Source: Dickeya dadantii NCPPB 898 (GTDB lineage Bacteria; Pseudomonadota; Gammaproteobacteria; Enterobacterales; Enterobacteriaceae). Taken from it: a DNA stretch of 32,000 bases. The notes beneath the pieces were generated by a model. The model did no database searches. It was given only the letters and a program-made list of their open reading frames with translations, and was not told the DNA's origin. Below, piece by piece: positions 1-7,892 of this stretch; position 1 is the stretch's first letter; each line of letters begins with the position of its first letter. The translations under genes and the position numbers were made by a program. The stretch spans positions 2,173,543-2,205,542 of the forward strand of contig NZ_CM001976.1 of assembly GCF_000406145.1 (NCBI RefSeq), written 5' to 3'.

Positions 1-480
1 AGTGCCAAGGCCGCCTGCTGCGACCAGCTGGACGTGGTGATCCTGAGCGCGCTGGAAATCGACACCCAGTTTAACGTCAACGTGATCACCGGCTCCGACG
101 GGGTGATGCGCGGCGCGTCCGGCGGCCATTGCGACGTGGCGACGGCGGCCAACCTGACCATCGTGGTGGCGCCGTTGATCCGCAGCCGTATTCCGACGGT
201 GGTGCGTCAGGTGACGACCTGCGTGACGCCGGGCAGCGCCATCGACGTGCTGGTGACCGACCACGGCATCGCCGTCAACCCGGCGCGTCCGGAGGTGGCG
301 GAGCGGCTGGTCAGCGCCGGTCTGCGCGTGATGTCGATTGAAGAATTGTACCAGCGGGCGATCCAGCTGGTGGGCGAACCGAAGGCCATCGAATTCCACG
401 ACCGCATCGTCGGGGTGATCCGCTACCGTGACGGCAGCGTGATTGACGTGGTGCGTCAGGTTAAAGAGGACAACGAGTGA
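1..480 (+). CDS. citF: Citrate lyase alpha subunit (citrate CoA-transferase), C-terminal part; 5' end lies outside the window
   Basis: Frame 1 is open from base 1 to the TGA at 478-480. The translated tail (GASGGHCDVATAANLTIVVAPL...DVLVTDHGIAVNP) matches my memory of enterobacterial CitF. citX and citG follow in the E. coli citFXG order. Confidence 0.85.
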   Translation, partial: SAKAACCDQLDVVILSALEIDTQFNVNVITGSDGVMRGASGGHCDVATAANLTIVVAPLIRSRIPTVVRQVTTCVTPGSAIDVLVTDHGIAVNPARPEVAERLVSAGLRVMSIEELYQRAIQLVGEPKAIEFHDRIVGVIRYRDGSVIDVVRQVKEDNE

Positions 481-1019
481 GCGATATAGCGATAGACACG
501 CCGGTCGCTGTTTCACTGGAAAGCCTGCTTGCGGCGAAGGAACGCCGCAGTGTCCGCCAGCAGCAACTGCTGGCGCGGCACCAGTCGACGCTGGTGTCGC
601 TGACGCTGGTGACGCCGGGACCGGTTAAAGATTCGCCGCTGTATCGCCGGGCGATGGCGGAAGCGGTAGCGGCGTTCAATGACTTGTGCCTGGCGCGCGG
701 TTGGGGAGCGCTGGAGCAGCAGTTGCACTGGCTGGATACCGGCGCAGAGGCATTCTGGGTTATCACCAAGGATGCGCTAAGCGTTAAGGCGGCGGCCATT
801 GCACTAGAAGAGCAGCACCCATTGGGGCGGCTGTGGGATTTTGACGTGTTTTGCCCGCAGGAAGGGTCGATTAGCCGGACGTTACTGGCGCATGATCGTC
901 GTCGGTGTATACTCTGTGATGAATCGGCGCATGCCTGCGCGCGTTCGCGCCGCCATGCGTTACCGGACGTGATTGAAAAAATCGAGGGTATCCTCCATGC
1001 CTGGTTTAACGCACACTGA
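477..1019 (+). CDS. citX: Apo-citrate lyase phosphoribosyl-dephospho-CoA transferase (holo-ACP synthase)
   Basis: 180-aa ORF with a GTG start that overlaps the citF stop (GTGA). Motifs VTPGPVKDS, HPLGRLWDFDV and RRCILCDESAHACARSRRH parallel E. coli CitX (VAPGPIKDS, HPLGRLWDIDV, RRCLLCEQSAAVCARGKTH). Confidence 0.85.
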   Translation: MSDIAIDTPVAVSLESLLAAKERRSVRQQQLLARHQSTLVSLTLVTPGPVKDSPLYRRAMAEAVAAFNDLCLARGWGALEQQLHWLDTGAEAFWVITKDALSVKAAAIALEEQHPLGRLWDFDVFCPQEGSISRTLLAHDRRRCILCDESAHACARSRRHALPDVIEKIEGILHAWFNAH

Positions 1020-1905
1020 GTCGAGTGTTTCCTCTCCGTTACTGACAACACTATTTCCTGATGCCACCGGTGCGCTGGTGGCAATCCCCACGATTCATCA
1101 GCAGGTGGCTGCCGCCCTGACCGTCGAGGTGATGCTGACGCCAAAACCCGGTCTGGTGGATCGGGATAACAACGGCGCTCATCGCGATATGGATGTGCCG
1201 CTGTTTCAAGCCAGCATCGCTGCGCTGACTCCCTGGTTTTCACGCTTTACCGAAGCGGGTATGGCGCATAGCGCGTTGCCGATAACCCAGCTTTTGCCGC
1301 AGGTACGACCGATTGGCATCGCCGCCGAACAGGCAATGTTGGCCGCGACGGGGGGTGTGAATACCCATAAAGGCGGCATTTTTGCGTTTGGGTTGCTGTG
1401 CAGCGCCGCCGGTTGGCTGGCGGGACGTCGGCTACAGTTGACGCGGGGCAGCCTGTGTCAGTGTGCCGCACAGATGAGCGCCGATTTGGTGCGTAATGAG
1501 CTGGAGAACAGCCAGCACACCGCGACCGCGGGAGAGCATCTGTTCCGGCGTCACGGTTTGACCGGTGCACGGGGAGAAGCCGCCAGCGGCTTTGCTACCG
1601 TGCGTCAGTATGCGCTGCCCGCCTATCTGCACGCCCGTGCGCAGGGGCAGGACGACGATTCCGCCTTATTGCAGACGCTGGTGGTATTAATGGCCCACAA
1701 CCCGGATACCAACGTGGTTTCCCGTGGCGGAATCGAAGGGTTGGCGTTCGTGCAGTCGCGGGCGCGGGCGCTATTGTCCGTCGGCGTCACCCGGCAGGGG
1801 CTGCAGGACATGAATCAGGCGCTGGTCGAGCGCAACATCAGCCCCGGCGGCAGCGCCGATCTGCTGGCGCTAACCTGGCTGCTTTCTCACTATCCTCACG
1901 TCTGA
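997..1905 (+). CDS. citG: Triphosphoribosyl-dephospho-CoA synthase
   Basis: Motifs TPKPGLVDR..NGAH.DM, GVNTHKGGIF, LTGARGEA, DTNVVSRGG and SPGGSADLL match E. coli CitG. I prefer the ATG at 997 (GAGGG lies 8 nt upstream) over the track's TTG at 973. The gene overlaps the citX 3' end by 23 nt. Confidence 0.85.
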   Translation: MPGLTHTESSVSSPLLTTLFPDATGALVAIPTIHQQVAAALTVEVMLTPKPGLVDRDNNGAHRDMDVPLFQASIAALTPWFSRFTEAGMAHSALPITQLLPQVRPIGIAAEQAMLAATGGVNTHKGGIFAFGLLCSAAGWLAGRRLQLTRGSLCQCAAQMSADLVRNELENSQHTATAGEHLFRRHGLTGARGEAASGFATVRQYALPAYLHARAQGQDDDSALLQTLVVLMAHNPDTNVVSRGGIEGLAFVQSRARALLSVGVTRQGLQDMNQALVERNISPGGSADLLALTWLLSHYPHV

Positions 1906-2032
1906 ACCTCGTCTATTATTGGCGAACAGTCCTCCTATTCTTTTTATGCGTTTTCGCCTCGCGCTGGCGGGGCTTTTGTATCCCGGATGTTTCGGGCGTA
2001 CAGCGCATAAGCGAATGAACGGATAAAACCCT

Positions 2033-2059
2033 AAAGTTGATGGCATGAATGTCGATACT
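2033..2059 (+). promoter_or_regulatory. Candidate sigma-28 (FliA) class-3 flagellar promoter for ycgR
   Basis: TAAAGTTG - 11 nt - GTCGATAC compared with the consensus TAAAGTTT-N11-GCCGATAA (7/8 and 6/8 matches, exact spacing). It lies 57-90 nt upstream of the possible ycgR starts. E. coli ycgR is FliA-dependent. Confidence 0.6.
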
Positions 2060-2148
2060 AGTGCCATGCTGTATCCTGGGGTTTTGGGACACTGAATGAC
2101 GGATTAACCATTCAATTGACGGTGGGGATGGATGTAGTGGATAACAAT

Positions 2149-2880
2149 ATGAAAGAGCAGTACGCCAGGCGTAATAAAATGGCTATTTGCGCCACATTGC
2201 GCGGACTGCAAAAGCAAGACGCCACAGTAATGGTGTATCACACGCACGGTCAGTTCATCAGCAAGATCCTTGAGGTTAATTCCGACGAGGAGGAGTTTCT
2301 TTTTGACCTCGGCGGGCTAGAGCGTGAAAACAGCCGGGCGCTGTTTGCGGGTGAGCTTGAGTTTGCGGCAGAAACGGCTGGCGCCAAGGTTGAATTTCGT
2401 ACCACGATCATCAGAACGGTCGATCATGACGGCCTTCCCGCTTTCTGCGCGGCGGTTCCCGACGTGCTGTACTATATCCAGCGCCGTAACTTTTTCCGTA
2501 TCAACTCGCCTGCCTGGCCGCCAATGAACTGTCGGGGAGAACTGCCGGACAATACCCATTTCGAATTTAGCCTAAAAGATCTGTCGCTGGGTGGGTTGTC
2601 GATGTACACCGACGACAGCGCCATAGCGGAGCTGTTTGAGCCGGGGATGATCCTGAAAAACATTGATGTGGATCTCGCCAGCTACGGGCAGTTCTGCCTG
2701 GATCTGCAGTTTGTCAATCATGCCACCACCAAAGTTGTTGACAGTAAAGGCGATGTGAAGCAGATCGAACGCCTGAGCTTCAAGTTTTCGGCGCTAAGTG
2801 CCACGCAGGAGCGGGGGTTGCAACAGGTGATCACCGAGCTGGAATTGGATCAAAACGAAAAGCGCAAACGGCTGCGCTGA
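2149..2880 (+). CDS. ycgR: Flagellar brake protein YcgR (c-di-GMP-binding PilZ domain protein)
   Basis: It aligns along its length with E. coli YcgR (GAKVEFRT, LPAF, IQRRNFFRI = RxxxR PilZ motif, DLSLGG, RLSFKF). The start is uncertain: ATG 2149 gives 243 aa like E. coli, and TTG 2116 or ATG 2128 are also in frame. Confidence 0.85.
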   Translation: MKEQYARRNKMAICATLRGLQKQDATVMVYHTHGQFISKILEVNSDEEEFLFDLGGLERENSRALFAGELEFAAETAGAKVEFRTTIIRTVDHDGLPAFCAAVPDVLYYIQRRNFFRINSPAWPPMNCRGELPDNTHFEFSLKDLSLGGLSMYTDDSAIAELFEPGMILKNIDVDLASYGQFCLDLQFVNHATTKVVDSKGDVKQIERLSFKFSALSATQERGLQQVITELELDQNEKRKRLR

Positions 2881-2988
2881 GTGGCTTGATCCGCTCCGGC
2901 GACAGGGGGACCGTGCAAGTCGTACACGATTGACTTCACAGGTCTTGTCTCTGATTGCCGGCTGGGGCAAAATATGCGCCCTGAAAAA

Positions 2989-3021
2989 ACCGACGCATCA
3001 ATATCGCGTCGGTTATTTTTT
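2989..3021 (+). terminator. Rho-independent terminator downstream of ycgR
   Basis: Stem ACCGACGC (2989-2996) pairs with GCGTCGGT (3006-3013) around a 9-nt loop, followed by TATTTTTT. An A-run precedes the stem. Confidence 0.65.
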
Positions 3022-3048
3022 GTATTTCATTATTTTTTGTATTTCATT
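3015..3048. repeat. Perfect 17-bp tandem duplication (ATTTTTTGTATTTCATT x2)
   Basis: Unit 1 is 3015-3031 and unit 2 is 3032-3048, and they are identical. The first unit includes the T-tract of the ycgR terminator. Confidence 0.9.
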
Positions 3049-3392
3049 AAAAGAGGCCGGTGCTGTTGATGGCACCGGACGGATATCGGTAAAACGCATG
3101 CTACGGGCTGCGCAGAGTTAATAGAGAGACATAATGGGGCAATCAGTTGTTTTGGAGCCGGTGCCCGCCGGCTGGTGCTGCAAACGCAGCGACAAGGGCG
3201 CCATGCTGGCGTGCCTGACAGCGGGCGGCGTATCCGCTGCTCACCTCGGCGATGACGACACCGTTCGTCCGTTCGCTTCCGGATGTTCCGGATACCTGAA
3301 ACATCGCCGCACGGCGTCTTCGTCATTCATCACGGATTCATGGCTGATGATTGGCGCCGATAAGATCGCTGCCGTTAAGGGAGGTCTGCGTC

Positions 3393-4760
3393 ATGACAAC
3401 TGATTCCACTATTTCCACCTCCACATCGCGGGTACAACTGCGTAAAACCCTGACTCTGGTTCCTGTAGTGATGATGGGCTTGGCCTACATGCAGCCGATG
3501 ACGCTGTTTGATACCTTCGGTATCGTTTCCGGTCTGACCGATGGTCACGTCGCCACCGCATACGCGTTTGCGCTGATTGCCATTCTGTTTACCGCGCTCA
3601 GCTACGGTAAACTGGTGCGCCGCTTCCCGTCAGCCGGCTCGGCCTATACTTATGCCCAGAAAGCCATCAGCCCGACTGTCGGCTTCATGGTGGGGTGGTC
3701 GTCGTTGCTGGACTACTTGTTCATGCCGATGATCAACATCCTGCTGGCGAAAATCTACTTTGAAACCCTGATTCCCAGCATCCCGTCGTGGATCTTTGTC
3801 GTGCTGCTGGTGGGGTTCATGACGCTATCCAACCTGCGCGGCATCAAAACCGTCGCTAACTTCAATAGTCTGATCGTTGTACTGCAGGTCGCGGTGATGG
3901 TCGCCATCACCGGTATGGTGATTTATGGCGTCGCGCATGGCGAAGGCGCCGGTACGCTGACCAGTAGCCGCCCGTTCTGGTCCGATAACGCCCATGTGGT
4001 GCCGATGATCACTGGCGCGACGATCCTGTGTTTTTCGTTCCTCGGCTTTGACGGCATCAGTTCTTTGTCTGAAGAGACGAAAGATGCAGGCCGCGTTATT
4101 CCGAAAGCCATTTTCCTCACGGCGCTGCTCGGCGGCGTAATTTTCGTGGTGGTGTCCTACTTCCTGCAGCTCTACTTCCCGGATATTTCACGCTTTCAAC
4201 ATCCGGATGCCTCTCAGCCTGAAATCATGCTGTACGTGGCGGGTAAAGCCTTCCAGTTCGGCATTCTGATTTTCTCCTGCGTCACCGTACTGGCGTCCGG
4301 CATGGCGGCGCATGCCGGCGTATCCCGACTGATGTACGTGATGGGACGTGACGGCGTATTCCCGGAGCGTTTCTTCGGCTATGTGCATCCGCGTTGGCGG
4401 ACACCGGCGCTGAACGTCCTGCTGGTCGGCGTTATCGCGCTATCCGCCATTTCGTTCGATCTGGTTACCGCGACGGCGTTGATCAACTTCGGAGCGCTGG
4501 TGGCGTTCACTTTTGTGAATCTGTCGGTGATTTCTCAGTTCTATATCCGTGAGCGCCGTAACAAGACGCTGAAAGACACCGTGAACTACCTGATTCTGCC
4601 TGTCATGGGCGCATTGACCGTCGGTGCGCTGTGGCTGAATCTGGAAAGTACCTCAATGACGCTGGGGCTGGTGTGGGCGGCGATTGGTTTACTCTACCTG
4701 ATGTTCGTGACGCGCAGCTTCAGGCAGCCGGTGCCGCAGTACAACGAAGATCTGGCGTAA
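3393..4760 (+). CDS. plaP: APC-family low-affinity putrescine importer PlaP (YeeF)
   Basis: Near-collinear identity with E. coli PlaP from [37 protein letters not shown] to the C-terminal PVPQY. The ATG at 3393 has AAGGGAGG 8 nt upstream. The 14-codon upstream extension in the track is not conserved. Confidence 0.92.
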   Translation: MTTDSTISTSTSRVQLRKTLTLVPVVMMGLAYMQPMTLFDTFGIVSGLTDGHVATAYAFALIAILFTALSYGKLVRRFPSAGSAYTYAQKAISPTVGFMVGWSSLLDYLFMPMINILLAKIYFETLIPSIPSWIFVVLLVGFMTLSNLRGIKTVANFNSLIVVLQVAVMVAITGMVIYGVAHGEGAGTLTSSRPFWSDNAHVVPMITGATILCFSFLGFDGISSLSEETKDAGRVIPKAIFLTALLGGVIFVVVSYFLQLYFPDISRFQHPDASQPEIMLYVAGKAFQFGILIFSCVTVLASGMAAHAGVSRLMYVMGRDGVFPERFFGYVHPRWRTPALNVLLVGVIALSAISFDLVTATALINFGALVAFTFVNLSVISQFYIRERRNKTLKDTVNYLILPVMGALTVGALWLNLESTSMTLGLVWAAIGLLYLMFVTRSFRQPVPQYNEDLA

Positions 4761-4794
4761 TTTGTCGGACGATATAATACGACAAACGCTATCG

Positions 4795-4830
4795 ACAGGC
4801 TCTCATGCTCTCATGAGAGCCTGTTTTTTT
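4795..4830 (+). terminator. Strong rho-independent terminator of plaP
   Basis: A perfect 13-bp stem, ACAGGCTCTCATG (4795-4807) with CATGAGAGCCTGT (4812-4824), has a 4-nt loop and is followed by a T7 run. Confidence 0.9.
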
Positions 4831-4899
4831 GCATATCCGAACGGTTATCTATCCGGGGTACCTATCCGATAGCAACGCGTCGGCACGCCTGTGAGAATA

Positions 4900-6330
4900 T
4901 CAAGTCAGCAGTTGCTGAGCATAGGCAAACAGCGCTTTCAGCAACGCCGTTTTCTTTTCGTCGCCATCGTGCTGTTGGTAGAACTGATTCAAGGCATCAA
5001 AGTAATCTTGCACCCGGTCGGTGGTAAACACGGCCCGACGATGCGCCAGCCAGCGCTGTTGTTCCTGCTCATCAAGTGTGCCGGGAAAATTGCGCGCCCG
5101 GTAGCGGAACAGCAATTCTTCCACCCGGCGATCGGCAAACTGAAGATTGAGGGCTGGAAGATGCTGGGAGTCGGTTTTACGGATGATGTCCATCGCGGCG
5201 CGATCGGCGTCGCTGAAAAAGCCGTCGTACAACTGCAAGTCCACATCCGTTGACGCTTCAAACGGCGGGGCATCGGCAAACAGCGCCACCACTTTCTCTC
5301 GTACGCTGCCATGCTGACGCAGCAATTGCAGATTGTTCAGGCAGCGCTGACGGTCAATACCCAGCCGCTCTGCGTCTTCCGGTCGCAGCGTGCTGGCCGG
5401 CGCCAGAACCGGACACTTGTTAATATGAACCAGTTTGATCGGCACCGGCGATTCATCTTCCGCCAGCAGAGCACGGCGGGTATAAAGCCGGGTGCGCAGT
5501 TCATCCGCATCCAGCTCCAGCAACGGCTGAATATCGCCCGCCAGATCGCAGACGATGACCGCGTTGCGGTTATCCGGGTGCCAGGCCAGCGGCACGATCC
5601 AGCTAGTATTACCGCGCGCGGCGCCAAACATGCCGGAAACATGCACCAGCGGCTTCATCTGCGGAATATCGATTAACGCGCTGACTTTATTCTTGTTACG
5701 CAACGCATAGAGATAGTCGAACAGTTTTGGCTGCGACTGTTTGAGCAGGCGCGCCATGGCGATGGTGGCATACACATCCGACATGGCATCGTGTGCCTGA
5801 GTATGTTCGACGCCATTGGCGCGTGTCAGATGTTCCAGCCTGAAACTGGGAAAACCGTCGTCGTTTTCCGGCCAGACAATGCCGTCCGGGCGCAAGGCAT
5901 AGCACGCTCGCAGCATGTCCAGTAAATCCCAGCGAGAGTTGCCATTTTGCCAGCTGTAGGCGTAAGGATCGTAGAAGTTGCGATAGAACAGGTTCCGGCT
6001 GACTTCGTCATCGAACCGAATGTTGTTGTACCCCATGATGCAGGTGCCCGGCGCGCTGAACGCTTCATGGATATGCCGGGCGAACTCCGCTTCGCGCGTC
6101 CCTCGGCTTTGCGCCACCTGCGGCGTGATACCGGTAATCATCACCGCTTCCGGGTCGGGCAGGTAATCGTCGGTTGGCTGGCAGTAGATCACCACCGGCT
6201 CGCCAATCACATTAAAATTTAAATCGGTGCGGACGCCGGCGAACTGCGCCGGACGATCTTTGGCCGGATGCTTGCCAAAGGTTTCATAGTCATGAATGAA
6301 AAAAGTGGGTTCGGTGTGTTGATTTTGCAC
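4900..6330 (-). CDS. sbcB: Exodeoxyribonuclease I
   Basis: 476-aa ORF. The N-terminus TFFIHDYETFGKHPAKDRPAQFAGVRTD matches E. coli SbcB (TFLFHDYETFGTHPALDRPAQFAAIRTD). The DEDDh exonuclease motifs and the length are conserved. Confidence 0.93.
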   Translation of the reverse strand: MQNQHTEPTFFIHDYETFGKHPAKDRPAQFAGVRTDLNFNVIGEPVVIYCQPTDDYLPDPEAVMITGITPQVAQSRGTREAEFARHIHEAFSAPGTCIMGYNNIRFDDEVSRNLFYRNFYDPYAYSWQNGNSRWDLLDMLRACYALRPDGIVWPENDDGFPSFRLEHLTRANGVEHTQAHDAMSDVYATIAMARLLKQSQPKLFDYLYALRNKNKVSALIDIPQMKPLVHVSGMFGAARGNTSWIVPLAWHPDNRNAVIVCDLAGDIQPLLELDADELRTRLYTRRALLAEDESPVPIKLVHINKCPVLAPASTLRPEDAERLGIDRQRCLNNLQLLRQHGSVREKVVALFADAPPFEASTDVDLQLYDGFFSDADRAAMDIIRKTDSQHLPALNLQFADRRVEELLFRYRARNFPGTLDEQEQQRWLAHRRAVFTTDRVQDYFDALNQFYQQHDGDEKKTALLKALFAYAQQLLT

Positions 6331-6824
6331 GGTTTCTCTCTGTTCAGCCTGGCGACGGCAAGCGCTGGGAAATCAGTCATACCGCCGCGAAGCGTGTTTG
6401 TCACCGCCGTTTTTGCCTGGCGTAAGCGCCATGCGGAACGGCCCGCCAGTTTAAAGGCAACTTGTCGTTCTTTCAGTAAAAATGGTGACGGACAACACAA
6501 AGTCGTCATGGTAAACCATCCTGTCGCCTGACAGAAGCCGACGTGTGCGATGCCTGTGGTGTTGAATCGAGTCAGGTGCAATCAGAACGCGGGAGTGATA
6601 GGGTGCACATAAAGACAACAATTGCATCGGCGATATGAGAAAACCACCTTGTCGACGATAGCGGCTAACCTGTATGGTGAGTCTATGTTCCGCAATGGTG
6701 CGCGTGGCTGGCGTAGTCCACACGTTGCTACCAGGACGGAGGACGATGCGCATTATTGCGGGATACACCTGGAGTAACGCGGTCTCCGCATAACGAATTT
6801 TGATCGTTAAGTAAGGGTAGAAAA

Positions 6825-7163
6825 ATGGAGAAGGGTAACACTAAGCCATGTTTCCAGGATGTGCTGGAATTCGTGCGTATGTTCCGTCGTAAGAACAAGC
6901 TGCAGCGTGAAATTGCGGATAATGAAAAGAAAATCCGCGATAACCAGAAACGTGTGCTGCTGCTGGATAACCTGAGCGAGTACATCAAGCCGGGTATGTC
7001 GATCGAAGATATCCAGAACATTATCGCCAACATGCGTAGCGACTATGAAGACCGTGTGGATGAATACATCATCAAAAACGCGGAACTGTCGAAAGAGCGT
7101 CGCGAGCTGTCCCGTAAAATCAAGGAAATGGGTGAAATTAAACCGCCGGTGGAGGCGAAATAA
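6825..7163 (+). CDS. yeeX: DUF496 / UPF0265 family protein YeeX
   Basis: The 112-aa product is nearly identical to E. coli YeeX ([53 protein letters not shown]...[12 protein letters not shown]). Confidence 0.93.
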   Translation: MEKGNTKPCFQDVLEFVRMFRRKNKLQREIADNEKKIRDNQKRVLLLDNLSEYIKPGMSIEDIQNIIANMRSDYEDRVDEYIIKNAELSKERRELSRKIKEMGEIKPPVEAK

Positions 7164-7175
7164 TTTCACTGATGT

Positions 7176-7205
7176 TCAGGGCCGGTTTCCGGCCCTGATG
7201 CTTTT
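7176..7205. terminator. Terminator hairpin between convergent yeeX and the lipoprotein gene
   Basis: A perfect 10-bp GC-rich stem, TCAGGGCCGG (7176-7185) with CCGGCCCTGA (7189-7198), has a TTT loop and is followed by TGCTTTT on the plus strand. Confidence 0.8.
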
Positions 7206-7230
7206 GGGGTGGGCTGATTATTCCAGCTGT

Positions 7231-7596
7231 CTACGACTGGCTCATCACGATTTCCGGCGCCAGCGCGTTTTTCCGCATCATGCAGTCGCGCCATGCGCTG
7301 CCGCTCTCGCCTTTATCCAGCGCGTCTGCGTTGATGGCGGGAATTTCCCGCACTTGTGTATCGATAATCTTGCCGCCGCCGTCGGTGTTGATAGTCTGGT
7401 TTTTGATGTAATACCGTGTCATTACCCGATATTTCCCGTCAAGATTCTTTACCTGGGCCAGTAAATCGGCAGTGCATTCGTTGGCGGCGCGCGCCACATG
7501 CCGGAAGGCAGTATCGGTCGGTTCGTTCCGTGGCGCTGTCGAACAGGCTGACAACGCCAATACGCTGATGATGAGAATCCTGTTTTTATTTGTCAT
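7231..7596 (-). CDS. Small lipoprotein of unknown function (121 aa)
   Basis: The ATG at 7596 has GGGAG upstream. The N-terminus MTNKNRILIISVLALSAC carries a lipobox (L-S-A-C) with Ser at +2. I recognise no family. The 25-codon upstream extension in the track has no support. Confidence 0.7.
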   Translation of the reverse strand: MTNKNRILIISVLALSACSTAPRNEPTDTAFRHVARAANECTADLLAQVKNLDGKYRVMTRYYIKNQTINTDGGGKIIDTQVREIPAINADALDKGESGSAWRDCMMRKNALAPEIVMSQS

Positions 7597-7625
7597 ATGT
7601 CGATGCTCCCTTTCGTTTTTCGCCA

Positions 7626-7657
7626 ATAGTCCGTGGCATACATAGTCCGTGGCATAC
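7626..7657. repeat. Perfect 16-bp tandem duplication (ATAGTCCGTGGCATAC x2) in the lipoprotein/comEC divergent region
   Basis: Units 7626-7641 and 7642-7657 are identical. They lie 30-61 bp upstream of the lipoprotein start codon on the minus strand. Confidence 0.9.
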
Positions 7658-7892
7658 CTTTGTTTGCGCAACGATTAATCATAACCGTCAGGCATGACCT
7701 GCGACACACCATTCAATGAACCGCTTCTGATTGTCAAGGCAAGAGCCGGCGGGCATTTCCCGCGTTCATACCGTCTCCCATTGTTGTTGCAATCGAATGC
7801 AACCGTTGCGGTTGTTTGCGTAGCCGGTTCCGGGGTTGTGATTCCTTGCTGTTGCCGGGGGGCATCGGTTGGCACACTGCGTCCCAGACAGG

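Noticed and set aside
461-1243. 260-aa minus-strand ORF across citX/citG, plus the other ORFs overlapping the cit genes in non-coding frames on either strand (129-341, 207-407, 443-628, 513-728)
   Set aside because: They overlap well-supported cit genes in the wrong frame or strand, give R/P/S-rich nonsense-like sequences, and lack an SD.
2930-3403. ORFs 2930-3121(+), 3030-3326(-) and 3134-3403(+) in the ycgR-plaP spacer
   Set aside because: They run through terminator hairpins and tandem repeats or overlap the plaP SD. They have no SD and no recognisable sequence. The region is more likely the plaP promoter and leader.
6219-6768. ORFs 6219-6581(-), 6268-6531(+) and 6451-6768(-) in the sbcB-yeeX intergenic region
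   Set aside because: They are mutually overlapping, lack ribosome-binding sites, overlap the sbcB 5' end, and give implausible products. I kept only the region-level observation.
6746-6793. 15-codon ORF (MRIIAGYTWSNAVSA) upstream of yeeX as a leader peptide
   Set aside because: The spacing from GGAGGA to the ATG is only 2 nt, no attenuator-type alternative hairpins are evident, and there is no biased codon run. I left it as a note within the intergenic finding.
7699-7815. CRP-S/CRP site candidates upstream of comEC (TGCGACACACCATTCA at 7699-7714, and TTGCAATCGAATGCAA near 7787-7802)
   Set aside because: The first has only one good half-site. The second is a palindrome but does not match the TGTGA/TGCGA cores.
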